In this document: piece after piece, positions 1-12,758 of the stretch | How the letters are laid out: each line of letters opens with the position of its first letter | How positions within the stretch are numbered: position 1 is the stretch's first letter | Assembly: GCA_905178155.1 (NCBI GenBank) | Contig: CAJINV010000001.1 | Coordinates: 8,693,642-8,757,641 of the forward strand | DNA length: 64,000 nucleotides | From: Amoebophrya sp. A120 | Lineage: Eukaryota; Protista; Dinoflagellata | Reading direction: 5' to 3' | Program-made: the position numbers and the translations under genes | The notes under the pieces: generated by a model | Database searches by the model: none | Told to the model about the DNA's origin: nothing | The model's input: only the letters and a program-made list of their open reading frames with translations

Positions 1-1514
1 CCTAGGAGCTCGACCAAGAAGACAGCGAAGGCTCTGTCGGTGCAGTACACGATTGCCGTCAACAACATTGACGATAGCCAGGCGTCAGCAGCGCTCGCGA
101 ATATGACCAACAACGTGGGTGCCTACTCCGCGAGCGTAGCCGGTGCCGTGCAGTCCAACTTGCAGGCCAAGGGCCTGAACGTGACAAGTACCGCCGTACC
201 AGAGCCGCAGGTAGAAGAGGTAGTCGTCGTCCCGTCTGTCGAAGAGACGGCACTGCAGGTGGAAGACCTCTGCATGACCGCAGGGTTCGAAGTGAGTCTC
301 GTCCTGGACGATGCAAACGACACCCTGGAAGACTGCATTGGATACGGATCAGCGCTCGGAAACCCCGTGGGATACGCTATCTTGGAAAAGTACGACGCGC
401 TAGCAGGGGAGCAAGCCGCGCTCGTGGGGACGAACTTCACCGATTCGCTGACTGTATTTTAATTTTCTCAGGATGTTTTGCATTTTTGTTCTGCAGCTTC
501 AAAATCAGCAGGGAATTGTACAGATGAAACACAGCATGTTGTTTGAAGGAACTCCTTGGAAGATGTTGAAGATGTGTCTTTACGCAAACGCAAATCAGAC
601 CAACCTGACACTTGCGGTCGTGCCGCTCCCTGGTGAGGCATCGCAGCAGAGCACCTCGAGTTCCCTCTTGGAAGAGGCCGCAGCGGCATCCTCCAGCAGT
701 TTCACGCAGCTCACAACGCGCGTGATGCGACGCGAATCTGCTGATGGCACGACAACTGCTGGACCAGCGGCACTTTTGGTACTTATAAATGCAGCCTCTC
801 TTTTCAAAAGAGACTTTTGGTCTTGCAGTTCGGTTGCTTGCTAGTAAAATGGAACTCCCCGAGGATAGTGATCAACGTCAGCCTCTTGTCGCACCAACTG
901 CATAGGTAAACTACACATTGAAGTGGTCCGAGGCGAACGCGCAAAGCAACCCTGGCTTGGCGACAATTCTGATGGCGTTCACGCAAGACCCGGCTTTTTC
1001 GGAGGCGCTGGGAGAGAAGATCCTGACGGTGGTCGACGACGCCGACCTGCCGCTCGCTGCGGTGGACTTTCAGTTCCTTGGCGCGTCCACAGGAACGGAA
1101 GTGAAGGCCACGGATTCGCGAGGCCCCGAGATGCCAGAAGACGCCGACGAGATAGATTCTGACACCGAGGAGGAGGACGGGCAAGCAAATAGGCCAGACC
1201 TGCAAATCGGCTACGCGGTATCAATTTATGTTCTTCACTTGCCAGAAACTGTATCCATCATGCACTGCTGCACTAGGAGTTGGAGTTACCACATTATGCA
1301 TTTTTGCGTGCGCACTCGCTGTTGTGATATTAGTACGACTGTTGCATTAACTTTTTGACGGTTACGGTCGTGATACACCAACAAACAGGCGCGTTCGGAG
1401 AGTACCGAGCGGAATCTGGTTGCCGCGGGGTTGTTTGTGGCTCTACTGCTTGTGCTCTGCTCTTGGACCCGGAGCTGCTCCAGCGACACCGATCCGAAAG
1501 GGGAGTTGATGTGA
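1..1514 (+). CDS. 3' part of a multi-exon surface or membrane-anchored hypothetical protein (5' end outside the window)
   Basis: ORF pieces join in frame through GT-AG introns 454-496, 779-905 and 1218-1388. The last exon (1389-1514) encodes a hydrophobic tail, LVAAGLFVALLLVLCSW, before TGA. Confidence 0.65.
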
Positions 1515-2178
1515 AAAAAATGAGGTTGGTTGGTCAGTTGTAATACAAAATGTCAAATTGAATTTGAAGTACTTCGAAAATCCCCACTTGTACAATTATG
1601 TCAGTTAGTACCCCACGCTACATGTTAGAAGAAGAAGAAAGATTCCAAAAGAACGAGTCTGACCCGTCTGACACCCTTGTATGATGGTCTACGACGAGTA
1701 GACGAGCCCCCGCCGAAATGTACACTTGTCTGGAAAGATGTTGAGATGAATTTCCGATTCTGACACAGCAAGATCTCATGCATTCTCTGCTACAGTGTTC
1801 GCTGCATGGCCGGTTACCTTCTCATATCATTATCGCGATTACAATCTTGCGATTCATTCTGACGATTCGGTTTCTGTCGGCGTTTGGTGTGGGCACTCTG
1901 TACAGATGGGATGCTCATGTATGTTCGTTTTTGACACTACGCGAATCGCATGCAGAACCATAAGATAAAGGGGCTTGATAGTTCTCGGCAGGAATAACTG
2001 AACGTCAACCCACAAAAAAAGACCGCCTTTGCCTCCCCCCCGCCGTGTTTGTTTCTCCCCCATTCAGATTCAGAACATTCTGCGAGTTTCAGCATCAACA
2101 CATTGTGGCTTCGTTGAGCCTACTACTGCTAGCAATCCGCGGCCGTCTGTCACCCCTATTGGAGTGAAATTTTTGAGA

Positions 2179-2907
2179 ATGACACTGCGCTCGTCGTTAC
2201 GCCGGCTTCCGATGCCGCCCCGGGGGATCACCTTAGCGACAGTTACCGTGATCATTTTTCTTCACCCTCTCACCACCTCCGTCACAGCCACACCGGGGAA
2301 ATTGACCAAGACCTACCGGGACATTGCGGAGGGTTTCTCGGCTGCAGAAGTGAAAAGTTGGATGCAAGCGCGTGAGTACGGCACGTGCGCGCACAAGATA
2401 CCCCAAGCCGCCCTGCGCTGGGGCTGCAGCGAGGAGGTGGCAAACCGAATCTGTTGCCAAAACCGGCATTACGCCGAGTACGCGGGCTACTGGCAGAGCA
2501 CGATGTTTTTAGAGGACGTGGCCGAGGAGGTGGCGAAGGGGGAGCCCGTAGACTTTTACGACCCGGAAGACCCGACGAAGTTGCTGTTTCGCGCGCCGAT
2601 TGGCCGGACGTGGGGCGACTTTCTGAAGGAGTCGGAGCAGCACGGGTGGCCGAGTTTCCGCGACGCGGAGGTAGTTTCCGAGTATGTCCGCGTCCTTCCA
2701 GACTCCGGCGAGGTGGTCACGCCCTACGGAACCCATCTAGGACACAACCTGCCGGACCGAAAGGGCAACAGGTACTGCATCAACCTGGTCTGTGTTGCGG
2801 GACAGCCCGAAAAAGACGCTGAAAAAAAGAGGGCTACTATGAAGTCCGCGGCAGCTTTGAAAGGAACTGCGGGAGGAGCGATCAGCAAGGAAGAGCTATA
2901 TCAGTAG
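2179..2907 (+). CDS. MsrB/SelR-fold (methionine-R-sulfoxide reductase-like) protein with a probable signal peptide
   Basis: Motifs HGWPSFRD, THLGHNLPD and RYCIN match the MsrB GWPSF/HLGH/RYCIN pattern. Hydrophobic N-terminus ITLATVTVIIFL. Start is ATG 2179 or 2212. Confidence 0.75.
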   Translation: MTLRSSLRRLPMPPRGITLATVTVIIFLHPLTTSVTATPGKLTKTYRDIAEGFSAAEVKSWMQAREYGTCAHKIPQAALRWGCSEEVANRICCQNRHYAEYAGYWQSTMFLEDVAEEVAKGEPVDFYDPEDPTKLLFRAPIGRTWGDFLKESEQHGWPSFRDAEVVSEYVRVLPDSGEVVTPYGTHLGHNLPDRKGNRYCINLVCVAGQPEKDAEKKRATMKSAAALKGTAGGAISKEELYQ

Positions 2908-3815
2908 CCGAGCGCCTGGTCGTCGGGTTCCGCCTCTGGGCTGAAGCGAACCATCTCTGACTGTGTCTTCATATGAGTTCTGTTCAATTGTGTGGTCCGT
3001 GTGCAGTCGAAGTCGTGTAGATGTACTTGATGAAGGAAGATAAGCCAGAGGGGGACGGTCGTTGTCGTAGTATACCCAAGCATCTTCAGCGTACGTAAGT
3101 ATACTGAAAGCTGCATCATGGGGAATCCAAATAGCAGGCTTCACCTCGGTTTGACTACAGTCATGGATAGATTGGAAGCATTTATGCGGTCTCATGAGCA
3201 AATCATAAAACTAAAACAGGGCGAGTTTGTAGTTTGATGCCGTTTTCTCTCCTAGTACGTAAAGCTACCAAAGCCTGAAATCGTGGGACGCGCCGGGGCA
3301 GAATCGGAATGTCAAAGTGTTTACATCATCGAGTTTTCTCATCTGGGCATTCGAACTATTGGCCAAAAGAAAAATTGAAGTCTGGGGAAGATTCGTCCTT
3401 GAGAAAATTTCGGTCTAGTCAGAATCTACGGGCAACAGCGCATGGATGCTCGTATGTTTGATACCGCGTACAAGAGAAACTCGAATCTCCAGCTCGTTGG
3501 CAAGCTCGCATTTATTTCGTTGGTTCGCTGCTCTATTGCAGATGCAATGACAAATATACTTGATTCAACGATACGAATCAGAGAGTTCCAGTGCCTAGTA
3601 CCAGCAGCGGCTGCAATTGCTCGTGCGAAGTCCACTAAACCGGTCGCAGTCTTCCAATATACATAACCTGAACGTAAAGACAAACTCATACGTTTATTCT
3701 CGCAGCTCGTCTCAGGAACAGGGCCTGTCCTCCTTTCCGTTGTTGTCTATGTTACTTTGATGTTTTCAGTTGCACGTTTCATCAGTTTTTTTTTGAACGC
3801 TACCTGGATGCACCA

Positions 3816-5003
3816 TTGACTCGCAAAGCCAGCGCGTACGACTTCGGCAGGCCTTTGCTATACAAGTTTCCTGATCTCAACGACAAAATGCTGGTCACGC
3901 TTCGGGCCCGCGAGCATTTCTTGCTTGGCTGCACGGAGTATCAGCATGAGCTGGTGAACCTGATTTGCGTCGTGTTGCAGGTTCTTGGCGCCGTTTTTTT
4001 TCTAAAGAACCAACATGAGCAGGAGGATCAGTACACGGCTTCTTTGCCCTCCGAAACTACGACGAGGAACGAAATGAAACAACAAGAGCCAACGCACTTC
4101 ATTTTCCACTCGGGGTCTGTTTTACCCTTTGCCGCCGGAGGCTCTTCAGAACAGCACGATGCTGCCTTCGCTCGCCGCCTTGAAAGCGCCACTACGAGGA
4201 CATCAGTAAACTCGGGGTTACAACAACATCACGAAGTCATCGCGAAGATTACGACCGCTCCGTCACTGTCGCACCAGTTTGATCTGCTGCAATTAGACTT
4301 CACGAACTTTGGAGAGGTTCTCCTTGCGTTCGGAATCTTCGTGCTGGGCTGCAATGTGCTGATTTTCGGGTTTTCCGAAGCCCTTCGCGCGCACTTGGCG
4401 CTTCGCGGCAACCCCACCCTGATTCAGGAGTCCGGGGGCCGGGGGCAGCGGGAGTTGCCGGAGTCTGCCCTGCACGTCGTGGGGGTGCTCCTCTTCCTAT
4501 GCGGGGTGACCGCGCACTTCTGGGTGAATAAAACAGAGCCGTCAGCAGGAGTAGAACTGGCGCTTCTCTCGCCTACGACGTGCTCTCTGCTGCTCGCCGG
4601 ATGCTCGGCCCTGCTTGCCAGCGCATTCATGAACGCGTTGTCCGTTGCCTGGGTGGGTGCGGCCGGCCGACTCGGCCTGGACGACCAGCTTGCCGTGCTG
4701 ATTCTGGCGCTGAAGGCCCTCAGCTTCCACTGCTTCGCCGTGTATCTAGCTGCCTTGTCCTCGACGCCGACATCGACATCAACTACTACGCCTGCCACGT
4801 ACCCGATCGTGCTGTTTACCGGCATGCTGTGCCTGGCAGCGGCAAAGGGGTTCCTGCTGTTTTTGACCACTCTGAAGCACCGAGAGCTGAGGATTCGCCG
4901 CACCGTGCGGGACTCGCTTCTAGCAGCCGGTACTCCGGTCACGCCGGCGATGACCCCGACCGACCTTACGCCCGGAAACACGCCGTTGCCGCAAAGGGCT
5001 TAA
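3816..5003 (+). CDS. Polytopic membrane protein (about 6 TM; possibly YrhK-like)
   Basis: 395-aa ORF with several hydrophobic segments. First ATG is near 3888. Family call is tentative. Confidence 0.6.
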   Translation: MTRKASAYDFGRPLLYKFPDLNDKMLVTLRAREHFLLGCTEYQHELVNLICVVLQVLGAVFFLKNQHEQEDQYTASLPSETTTRNEMKQQEPTHFIFHSGSVLPFAAGGSSEQHDAAFARRLESATTRTSVNSGLQQHHEVIAKITTAPSLSHQFDLLQLDFTNFGEVLLAFGIFVLGCNVLIFGFSEALRAHLALRGNPTLIQESGGRGQRELPESALHVVGVLLFLCGVTAHFWVNKTEPSAGVELALLSPTTCSLLLAGCSALLASAFMNALSVAWVGAAGRLGLDDQLAVLILALKALSFHCFAVYLAALSSTPTSTSTTTPATYPIVLFTGMLCLAAAKGFLLFLTTLKHRELRIRRTVRDSLLAAGTPVTPAMTPTDLTPGNTPLPQRA

Positions 5004-6154
5004 TCAGGGGCTTGTGCGGATGAAACGACGCCGATAAGCTGGTTCATAATAACTAGCCAAGTAGCTGCTGTTCGTGGAAGATGAAAATGCTACAAATGAA
5101 TGTGCGGCACGTAGTCTGGTGTTTTCACAACACGGACTCGGACGTTGCTTTACATCGGCGGAAAATAAATGCACATGATAAATCATAATCAAGTTTGTTA
5201 CAGGCGGCAGTGAATTGAGGCGTTTCATCGACCTGTGCTGATGTGACTTTTATCTTCCGGCTTGTCAGCGGCGTCGTCTGCAAATATGCCACGAAAGTTC
5301 AAAGTGATACGGATGGATAAGAACGTAGTATGTTCTCAACCTCCACTGGAAAATGACTTCATTACAGCTTCAAAATGATGGATTGTCTGCCTAGTGACGC
5401 AGTTGCAGCTGCGCTTTTATTGCGGAAATGCAAACAATTTCGGTTAAAGTCTATGTCGTGCATGTCTGGTTTTGTCTTTGTGCTGGACCGTGCGCGCTTG
5501 CGCAAAAACAAAATCAAAAGCATCGAGTGGTGTTATGTTAATGCGAACAGAGATTGATCCACAAATGTGATCCAGGTGATGAAGGATGGAATGTAGTGTA
5601 TACTAGTTAATAAACGGAAGCGAAGTAGTGATGAAAGTGGAACGCGATGGATAGAAATCGCGGATGCAGATGAAAGGTGGAAGTAGCAATGAAGGTCGGT
5701 CACTGAAATGAGAGATCCCTCGGATACAGATCGTGAAGGGCTGAAATGAGCCCAGGAAGTATTGGAATTGGCTGTATTTTTTTGCGCTCCCTGATGCCGA
5801 TATAGATTACTTCCCGAGAAGCCAAAAGAACAAACTGACAAAAATGAAAAAATGCGAGATGCTGGCAACTTCATCTGTGGTGATCATCGACATACAGCCC
5901 GATTCTGTAAGTAAGTAATTATTGTTTTGTTGTTTATTGTGTATAATTCATTGGTTTTGGATTTGGTTGTGCCGGTTTTGTTTTTTGACCACAAAAGATT
6001 CAAATTAGTGCACCAAAGATTCTATGTTTGTGAGCCATTTCGTATAAAGCTACCTCCTTGCTGCGTGAGCAAACGTTTGTAAAGACATTTCTACATGATC
6101 TCGAGATACAGTTTAAGTAATTCCCCCAAAGACCAAAAGATCCTAGACTATAAA

Positions 6155-8104
6155 ATGGGCGTTTCTGCCGGTGCCTCGCTAAGAAATTCTTTCCTTCGCG
6201 CGCTTTTGTTGCTTGGGATATTCTGCCACCTGCACCACACCTTGTCCACGTTCGACACGGTCATCGCACTGCAGGTTGGTGTTCGTGCACCGGGGCCGCT
6301 TGATGGCACCCCTCCGCCTGCGTACGCACACGCGCCAGTCGTGGTAAAGAACGGTCCAAACGGCTTGCGCAACTACGGCAACACTTGTTATTTAAATTCG
6401 GCGCTGCAAACACTTTTCCGCGTGCCTAAACTCCGGCTGTTCTTCGAAAACGAGTTTTGCAACAACCCCGCCGTCGAGGACACGCCGGCTAATCGCGCCC
6501 CCGGCAGCCCGCTGCCGTATCTCTTCTGCAACGTGTGGCGCGCGTTCAAGGCAGCGAACGAGGCGGCCTGGGAGGCCCACCCGAACTCCCTGCAGCAGTA
6601 CGACGCAAGTAGAACCCGGAGTACCACAAATCATCCGTCCGGCAAGCCGGAGCCGCGACCAACGGTGAGTAACGCGGACGCGGGTGATCCGCTCAACGTG
6701 GCCCTGCAGGCCTGGCTGGCTGCCTACTTCAACCCGGCCCACGGCGGGGTGCTGCAACCCGGCGAGCAAGACGACCCTGCGGTGGTGTACAACATGGTGA
6801 TCGCGAATTTGGAAACGACGAAGCAGCTCGATCCTGCGGACGCAACCAGCACGCGAGTCTTCCGATACATAGACGTTCTTGCAGGTACATACGAACAGAG
6901 CCTGCGGGTGCTGCCTCCTGGGCAAGCGACGAATCCGTCGCCGGACCCAGCACACCGGTGCTCCGCAAGCCGGGACGATTTTCTCGAGCAGCACCGAGTC
7001 AATCTGGCTGGCGTCGAGATGCGCGAAGTGCAGAACCCGCATCGGCTTGAAGATTTGCTGCACCGGAAATACACGGAAGAGCAGGACGGGGAACGCAACA
7101 GCACACCCTGGGAGCACTGGCGCGACCACGCCGACCCGCACTGCCGGACAGAACCGGAGTTGGGGCCTGACGGGGCGCCGCGACCCAAAGTCGCCGCGGA
7201 CGGAAAAGGATGGTACCGCCAGGAGCAGTACTACAAGCTGCGGACGGTCAATCCGGATTTGCTGTCTCTGGACGTCAACCGCGATGTGTACGATCCAGTG
7301 GCGAAACGCAACGCCAAGGTGAAGAATAATGTGCAGCTTCCGCGGCGGCTGCGGGTTCCGCTCAGCTGGTTTGCGGACGCTCCGGCCGCGGGGTCGCCGG
7401 CGGCGACGAGCCCGGGAATCCGGCCGCAGTCCGCCGACCGCCCTCTCTTGTACGATTTGCGGTCCTTCGCCGTGCACACCGGCAACGGAGGCGGGGGTGG
7501 ACACTGGCGGGCCTACGCGAAACTGGCAACGCCGGGGATCCGAGACCTGCTCCCCTCGTGGTACCTGTTTGACGACTCCGTCGCCACCCCGGTTGCCAAG
7601 TTCGGAACTCGCCTCTCCGCGCCGGAGATTATGCAGAGCGTCACCAAAACCTGGTACGAGCGCGTGATGGCGGTGTCGCCGGCAACGGGCGATCTGGTTC
7701 CCTGCGACACCCTCTCGTCAGAATTAGAACACTGCCCCGTCGAGGAAGATGAAGCAGATCCTGGTGGTTCCGGTGGCGGCGCGGGAGGTTCATCCGGTGG
7801 CGGCGCGGGAGGTTCATCCGGTGGCGGCGCGGGAGGTTCATCCGGTGGCGGCGCGGGAGGTTCATCCGGTGGCGGCGCGGGAGGTTCGGGTGGCGGCACT
7901 GGGGGTTCCACTGGCGCTCCTGGTACAGCGCCCCCTAACGCAACTCCGACGCCGCAGCCAAATGAACCGCAAGGCTGGTCGACTGGGGCGATCGTCGGAG
8001 TAACAGTGGGCGTTGTCCTTGGCCTTGCAGCATTGGGGATTCTCGTCTGGGTTCTTGTGGCACGACCCTGCGGCGGCAGCAGTACGGCAGAAGACGAGTT
8101 GTAG
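6155..8104 (+). CDS. Ubiquitin-specific protease (peptidase C19) with N-terminal signal peptide, Gly-rich linker and C-terminal TM helix
   Basis: Cys box GLRNYGNTCYLNSALQTL, EQDD box, His box YDLRSFAVHTG...GGHWRAY and WYLFDDS. N-terminal LRALLLLGIF; C-terminal GAIVGVTVGVVLGLAALGILVWVLV. Confidence 0.9.
   Translation: MGVSAGASLRNSFLRALLLLGIFCHLHHTLSTFDTVIALQVGVRAPGPLDGTPPPAYAHAPVVVKNGPNGLRNYGNTCYLNSALQTLFRVPKLRLFFENEFCNNPAVEDTPANRAPGSPLPYLFCNVWRAFKAANEAAWEAHPNSLQQYDASRTRSTTNHPSGKPEPRPTVSNADAGDPLNVALQAWLAAYFNPAHGGVLQPGEQDDPAVVYNMVIANLETTKQLDPADATSTRVFRYIDVLAGTYEQSLRVLPPGQATNPSPDPAHRCSASRDDFLEQHRVNLAGVEMREVQNPHRLEDLLHRKYTEEQDGERNSTPWEHWRDHADPHCRTEPELGPDGAPRPKVAADGKGWYRQEQYYKLRTVNPDLLSLDVNRDVYDPVAKRNAKVKNNVQLPRRLRVPLSWFADAPAAGSPAATSPGIRPQSADRPLLYDLRSFAVHTGNGGGGGHWRAYAKLATPGIRDLLPSWYLFDDSVATPVAKFGTRLSAPEIMQSVTKTWYERVMAVSPATGDLVPCDTLSSELEHCPVEEDEADPGGSGGGAGGSSGGGAGGSSGGGAGGSSGGGAGGSSGGGAGGSGGGTGGSTGAPGTAPPNATPTPQPNEPQGWSTGAIVGVTVGVVLGLAALGILVWVLVARPCGGSSTAEDEL
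7769..7888 (+). repeat. Coding tandem repeat, 5 x 24 bp (SGGGAGGS linker)
   Basis: TCCGGTGGCGGCGCGGGAGGTTC(A/G) repeated five times in frame. Confidence 0.95.
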
Positions 8105-9908
8105 GTAGGAACAAGTTAATATGCTGGGAAGCTGAAGCACGATAACGTCGCAACTTCATTGGCATATCGAATTCCGTCTGACGCTGCAGTTGCGACAAAA
8201 GACACATTTTTTGGCGTTTTGTCACCCGCCGCCCCCGTAATATTCCGACAGCTGACTCGACCAAACCCGCCGGACAAGCATCTAGTCCACTATGCGCGTT
8301 GCGACGCGATCACTTTCCGTATGACACTGAGTAGAACGGACGTGACTCGCTCTCTCTTTCTGCTCTCTCTGCCGAGGAATGCCGACAAAACACAGCACTT
8401 TTCACACCTGAAGAGGAAAGTCGACCATAATATGCGGCACCCGCCGCTTTCAAAAAAACGTAGCATTACAGTACACGCAAAGTAGTTCTTTCTAGTTCGA
8501 GGTAGAGCCAGTGAGTAAAAAATTCGTCGTAAACGAGGCTGTCCATGGCATTAGCCCGTTCAATTCCGGGATGAGGAATCTTTCACTGCACCGAATGTCT
8601 TATGGGTCGTAGCAAAAAGACATGCCATTTCTCATTCGGAAGAACGATGCAATGGCGCCCTTTTCGCTTTGTCTACCCCGTGTATGAGCTTGTGGACAGT
8701 CCTGGAGTTTTAAGCCCGTCTTTATCTATCATTTTCATTTATCATCTTTTTTGGACTGGAGAATCTCGCTCAACTAGAAGGGAGCACACATTCATGTTGG
8801 TTTTTGGACTGAAGAACGCACTTCTCATCTGAAAGAAAGCACATGATATAGACGTACCGGTGATGGTCTGTACAATTCCCAAATAAAGAGGATGTAAGGA
8901 GCTCCGTTTGGGATACGTCTATACGTGACTTTGTGTATGATTAATGATCGTCAACAGCTGGAGGTTGTAGTAATGCTGAGTATTCAAGACGACTGACAGC
9001 AGCATCCGCTTGAGCGGCGGTTGCATGTCGCAAGCAGCCACAGCCTCGTGTCTGACGGCCGAGACGAAAAACCTTGACGACGCTAGTAGCGAAAATCAAA
9101 ACTCTATAACATGTACATGAACATGGATCACTGCTGGCATTCACTATTTATTCGGGAACATGATTTGCACCGAGGGTGCGAAGAGCTTTTTTGTGAGATC
9201 GATGGCACGCGCCACACCGGAGCAGATAGAGATACACACATCTCCCGGATCGCTGTTCAATTCTCGCGGAGTCGCTGGATTTCGAAATATCGTCTGCTAA
9301 GACCCCGAATCGTCGTGGTCCGTTCAATGGCTATCGGGTCGTCTACGTTTAACCAGGTTCGAGGATCGTTTCGTAGATAGTCAGTGTGCGCGTTGTGTCA
9401 GACCAGGAAAACAATGATCGGTTTCTGGGAAGCATGAACTGATTTAAAGATTATTGTTGGCAGAAAGAACAAGAAGAATTAGGATTGATTTTGATAATGA
9501 TGTCGTCGGGGCGTGGTCAATCAGTAGAGTGGTGCGCAATGTTGTGGGCCAATGTAGTGCTGCGTACAAAATACTCTTTTTGATTTGAAGCACTGAGGAT
9601 CAGATCTGAAACCTCTTTACTGTGTTGAAACGTCGCAGCTTGTCGCGATCTCCAATTTTGATTCATTGCCATCATTCGATAAATATTTGTCGTATCTTGT
9701 GAGTCGGGAATTATGGAAGGTGAATCGTGTTCGTGTGTGTGTGTTTGTATCAATTTTTTGCACACATAATCTTCTTCCTCGATGGTATCGTATTGATTAT
9801 GATTTTGATCCTGGTCAACATAAATTTCCCTTTCTTTACCCATTTATGAATGGAGTGTGAGGGGTTGAACTTTTTTCGTTGTAGTGCCAATTATAAGTGC
9901 AAGGAAGA

Positions 9909-11672
9909 ATGAAGCTGAAGCTCTATTTGCCGCGCGTGCCGCTCCTTGTGGCTCAGCAAGTTGTGTTCTTGCAGTATGATGGTTCGATTTACCGTGGTGT
10001 GGAAGGAACCACGAAGACTACTGTTCCGAAACTGCGGGGGTCGTCCGCGCAGGACGAACTGGATGTCGATGTGGGAGCGGATCATGACGACGAAGAGAAA
10101 TATACGGCTCTGGACGGGGCGGATGAAGTAGTCTTTGGCAACACGGGGCCGCTGGCGGGCAGTGGTACCACGACCGCCGCGTTTCGTCTCGACGCTGCGG
10201 GTGATCATCACCTGGCGTTTCTGGAGCAGAACCAAGTGCACTTTTCGCAGCAGCTGCAGCAGCGAGAGGAAGCCTGGCAGGATGTGAAAGACTGGTTAGG
10301 GAGGAAAAAAGAGTGGGTGATGGAGCACTACCGGGACACGAAAGAGTGGGTGAAGGAGCACATGGGCATGCACAACCGCACCGAAACGCTCACGCGCTTT
10401 TTCAGTAAACTGGCTTCGCAGAAAAGCGTGCAGTGGACGACGACGATCAAGATGATGAAGGATCTGAATGTCACCTTCGGGGGACTGAACCTCGCCGCGT
10501 ACGGTGCCATGGCGGCGATGAACTTCCCCCCGGTGTCCCTCGGAGCGCTGGGGAAGTATGCCGGAAAATTTTTGCCGGCCGGTCTCGCGAAGTACATCGA
10601 CAAGGGGATCGAGTTGCTGCAGAAGCCTTCTCCCCCGAAAAAGCGAGGCATTTGCCGGACCAAGCGCACGTACTTCTCGGGGAATCCTAACCCGAAGTGC
10701 ATGGAGGCGGGATTCGGCCCCGCCGACATGAGCCCCGGCAGAGTGCTCTTGGCTGCGGTTGAAGATCACATTCCCTTTCTGAAGGCGGTCGAGGGGGACG
10801 AAGAGTTTACCGACGACCTGGAGAAGGTACAGTAATTTCACGCATGAATCTAAATCATGATCATCAGACATTATTGATTTGAGGTTTTGTCCTGTCTTAC
10901 TTTACCGAACTCCACTGTAGACAAAAATAAATAGAAGAAGTAGATGACAGGGATACCAAAACGATAAACATAAAACTAATGTTAAATTCGCACGCAGATC
11001 CGCTACACTCCATGCCGTCTGCCCAAGGGCATGAACAAGGAAGCCGGAGCCGGCGACCGTTGCGAAGGGCGCAGTGAAGTCCCCGCCTGGGAGCCCGCCG
11101 GAACGGAGCAGGAAACCGAGGAAACGAAAGAATTGCGCGCGGAGTGCTGTGTGTTTCTGCGACTGGGCACGTCCGACATGCTCAGCGATCTGAGGCGCAT
11201 CAAAGATCGGATACACGCCTTCGACACATCGAAGATCGACGACGAAGCCGCAGCAGAATTGGGACTGGCGAAGAAGCCCGAAGAGGGGAGCGACGAGGCG
11301 AAAAACCTGAACCACTTTCGGCTGTTCGAGTTTTTCGGCATTGCCTGGGTGTTTTTTGAGCACTTCATGCCGGACTACGCCACCGCGGGGCTGGACGCGC
11401 TGATCGCGTTGCTGCCGCCCCCGCTCAACACGCTGTCGTCGGTGGCGGAGACCGCCGCGGACATCTTCACGCCGTACTTCATGGAGCGCGCGGAGGGGTG
11501 GGCCGTCCGCTGGCGCCGCGAGAAAAAGCTGGTCCTCGACCCGGCGGCGGACCCCGAGGATCCGGCGGCGGATCCGGAAACGGACGACGAGCACCACCGG
11601 GAACTGGAGGAAAAGGAGGCCAGCCACGCGGAGGAGGCGGCGAAAGCGGACGGCAAGACAGGGTCCTCGTAG
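9909..11672 (+). CDS. Two-exon hypothetical protein (5' end uncertain)
   Basis: ORFs 9897-10835 and 11031-11672 join in frame via the GT-AG intron 10827-10997 (...DLEK|IRYTPCR...). Confidence 0.7.
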
Positions 11673-12758
11673 AGGAGGAAGTGACTCGTGCTCGATCGGA
11701 GAGACGGAGGTGGTGCAGCTACAAGTACAACCCTCCGCTAAATTAATGGTGACAGTGAGAACAATATGACTATTGGTAGTTCCTTAATATCCGTCGTTGA
11801 TGTGCATCTTCCTCTTCGTTCAACTAGTACAAAAAATCTGTAAAGCAATGCGGAAGTAGTCGTGTTTTCTTGGTATCGAACAATCATCGTGTGCACTAAT
11901 ATCTGAATCTGAGTTAATCATCAAGAAAGAAGAAAAATATCTGTAGAAAAATGTAAAAGGGTCTGCTCCTCCACTCAGCTAAAGAGAAAAAGCAATTCGT
12001 TTTGAGTTTCGTCAGCTTTATCATTACAACTGTAAACCAAAAACGTACTGAATTCTAAAAGTGTTTGTTTCCCAGAAATTAGTCTAAGTAGATCTCAGCA
12101 GTGTTGCGTGCCACAGACGCCGACAGAAAACGAAAGTTGTAGTTTGTTTACCCGGCAGCATCCCCAGAATCTAGTAAATCAATAAATCCCCTGCACTATC
12201 AGTGTACCTACTTAATATGTATGATCGATATTTCCCCTGCCCTGCGACGGTGTCTGTACTTACTTACCAATCAGCTCCGTCGCCGTGCACTTCCTGGCGT
12301 TGATTCAATGATTCCACAACTCGTCATATCGAGCGTAGCGTGTTCAGAACAAGCAAATCAATAACCGTGATCGCTCGCAACGATGCGGGCGAGAGGAACG
12401 CCAACGAAGTACTACTTGACTCTCCTCCATGATCTGAGAGTTTGCAAGAACACGAAAAACTCTACGGGGGATGGCAGAGTGAGGACTGCAGTCATCATGC
12501 GCGGAGAGAGCCGGCACGGAGAGTCGTGGAGGGATTGGCGGGCACAATTTGCCGCCACAATTCGTCTTCAAAAACAACTGATACTTGTTTTAAGCAGGGT
12601 CTGGACCCTGGTTCTAGACATTATTTTAGAAATAACGCGTTGTTGTTCTTGTATCTGTGGTATCGCGGACCTCCGCAGTGTTGTATCTGTTTATATGTTG
12701 ATCTTGATCACCGTGTCCGCGTAGAGGTAGACGAAAATAAGTATTCATCTGCGGAACA

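Noticed and set aside
6392-7504. Long minus-strand ORFs (this one, 10902-11627, 19066-19878 and others)
   Set aside because: They are antisense shadows of GC-rich + strand genes.
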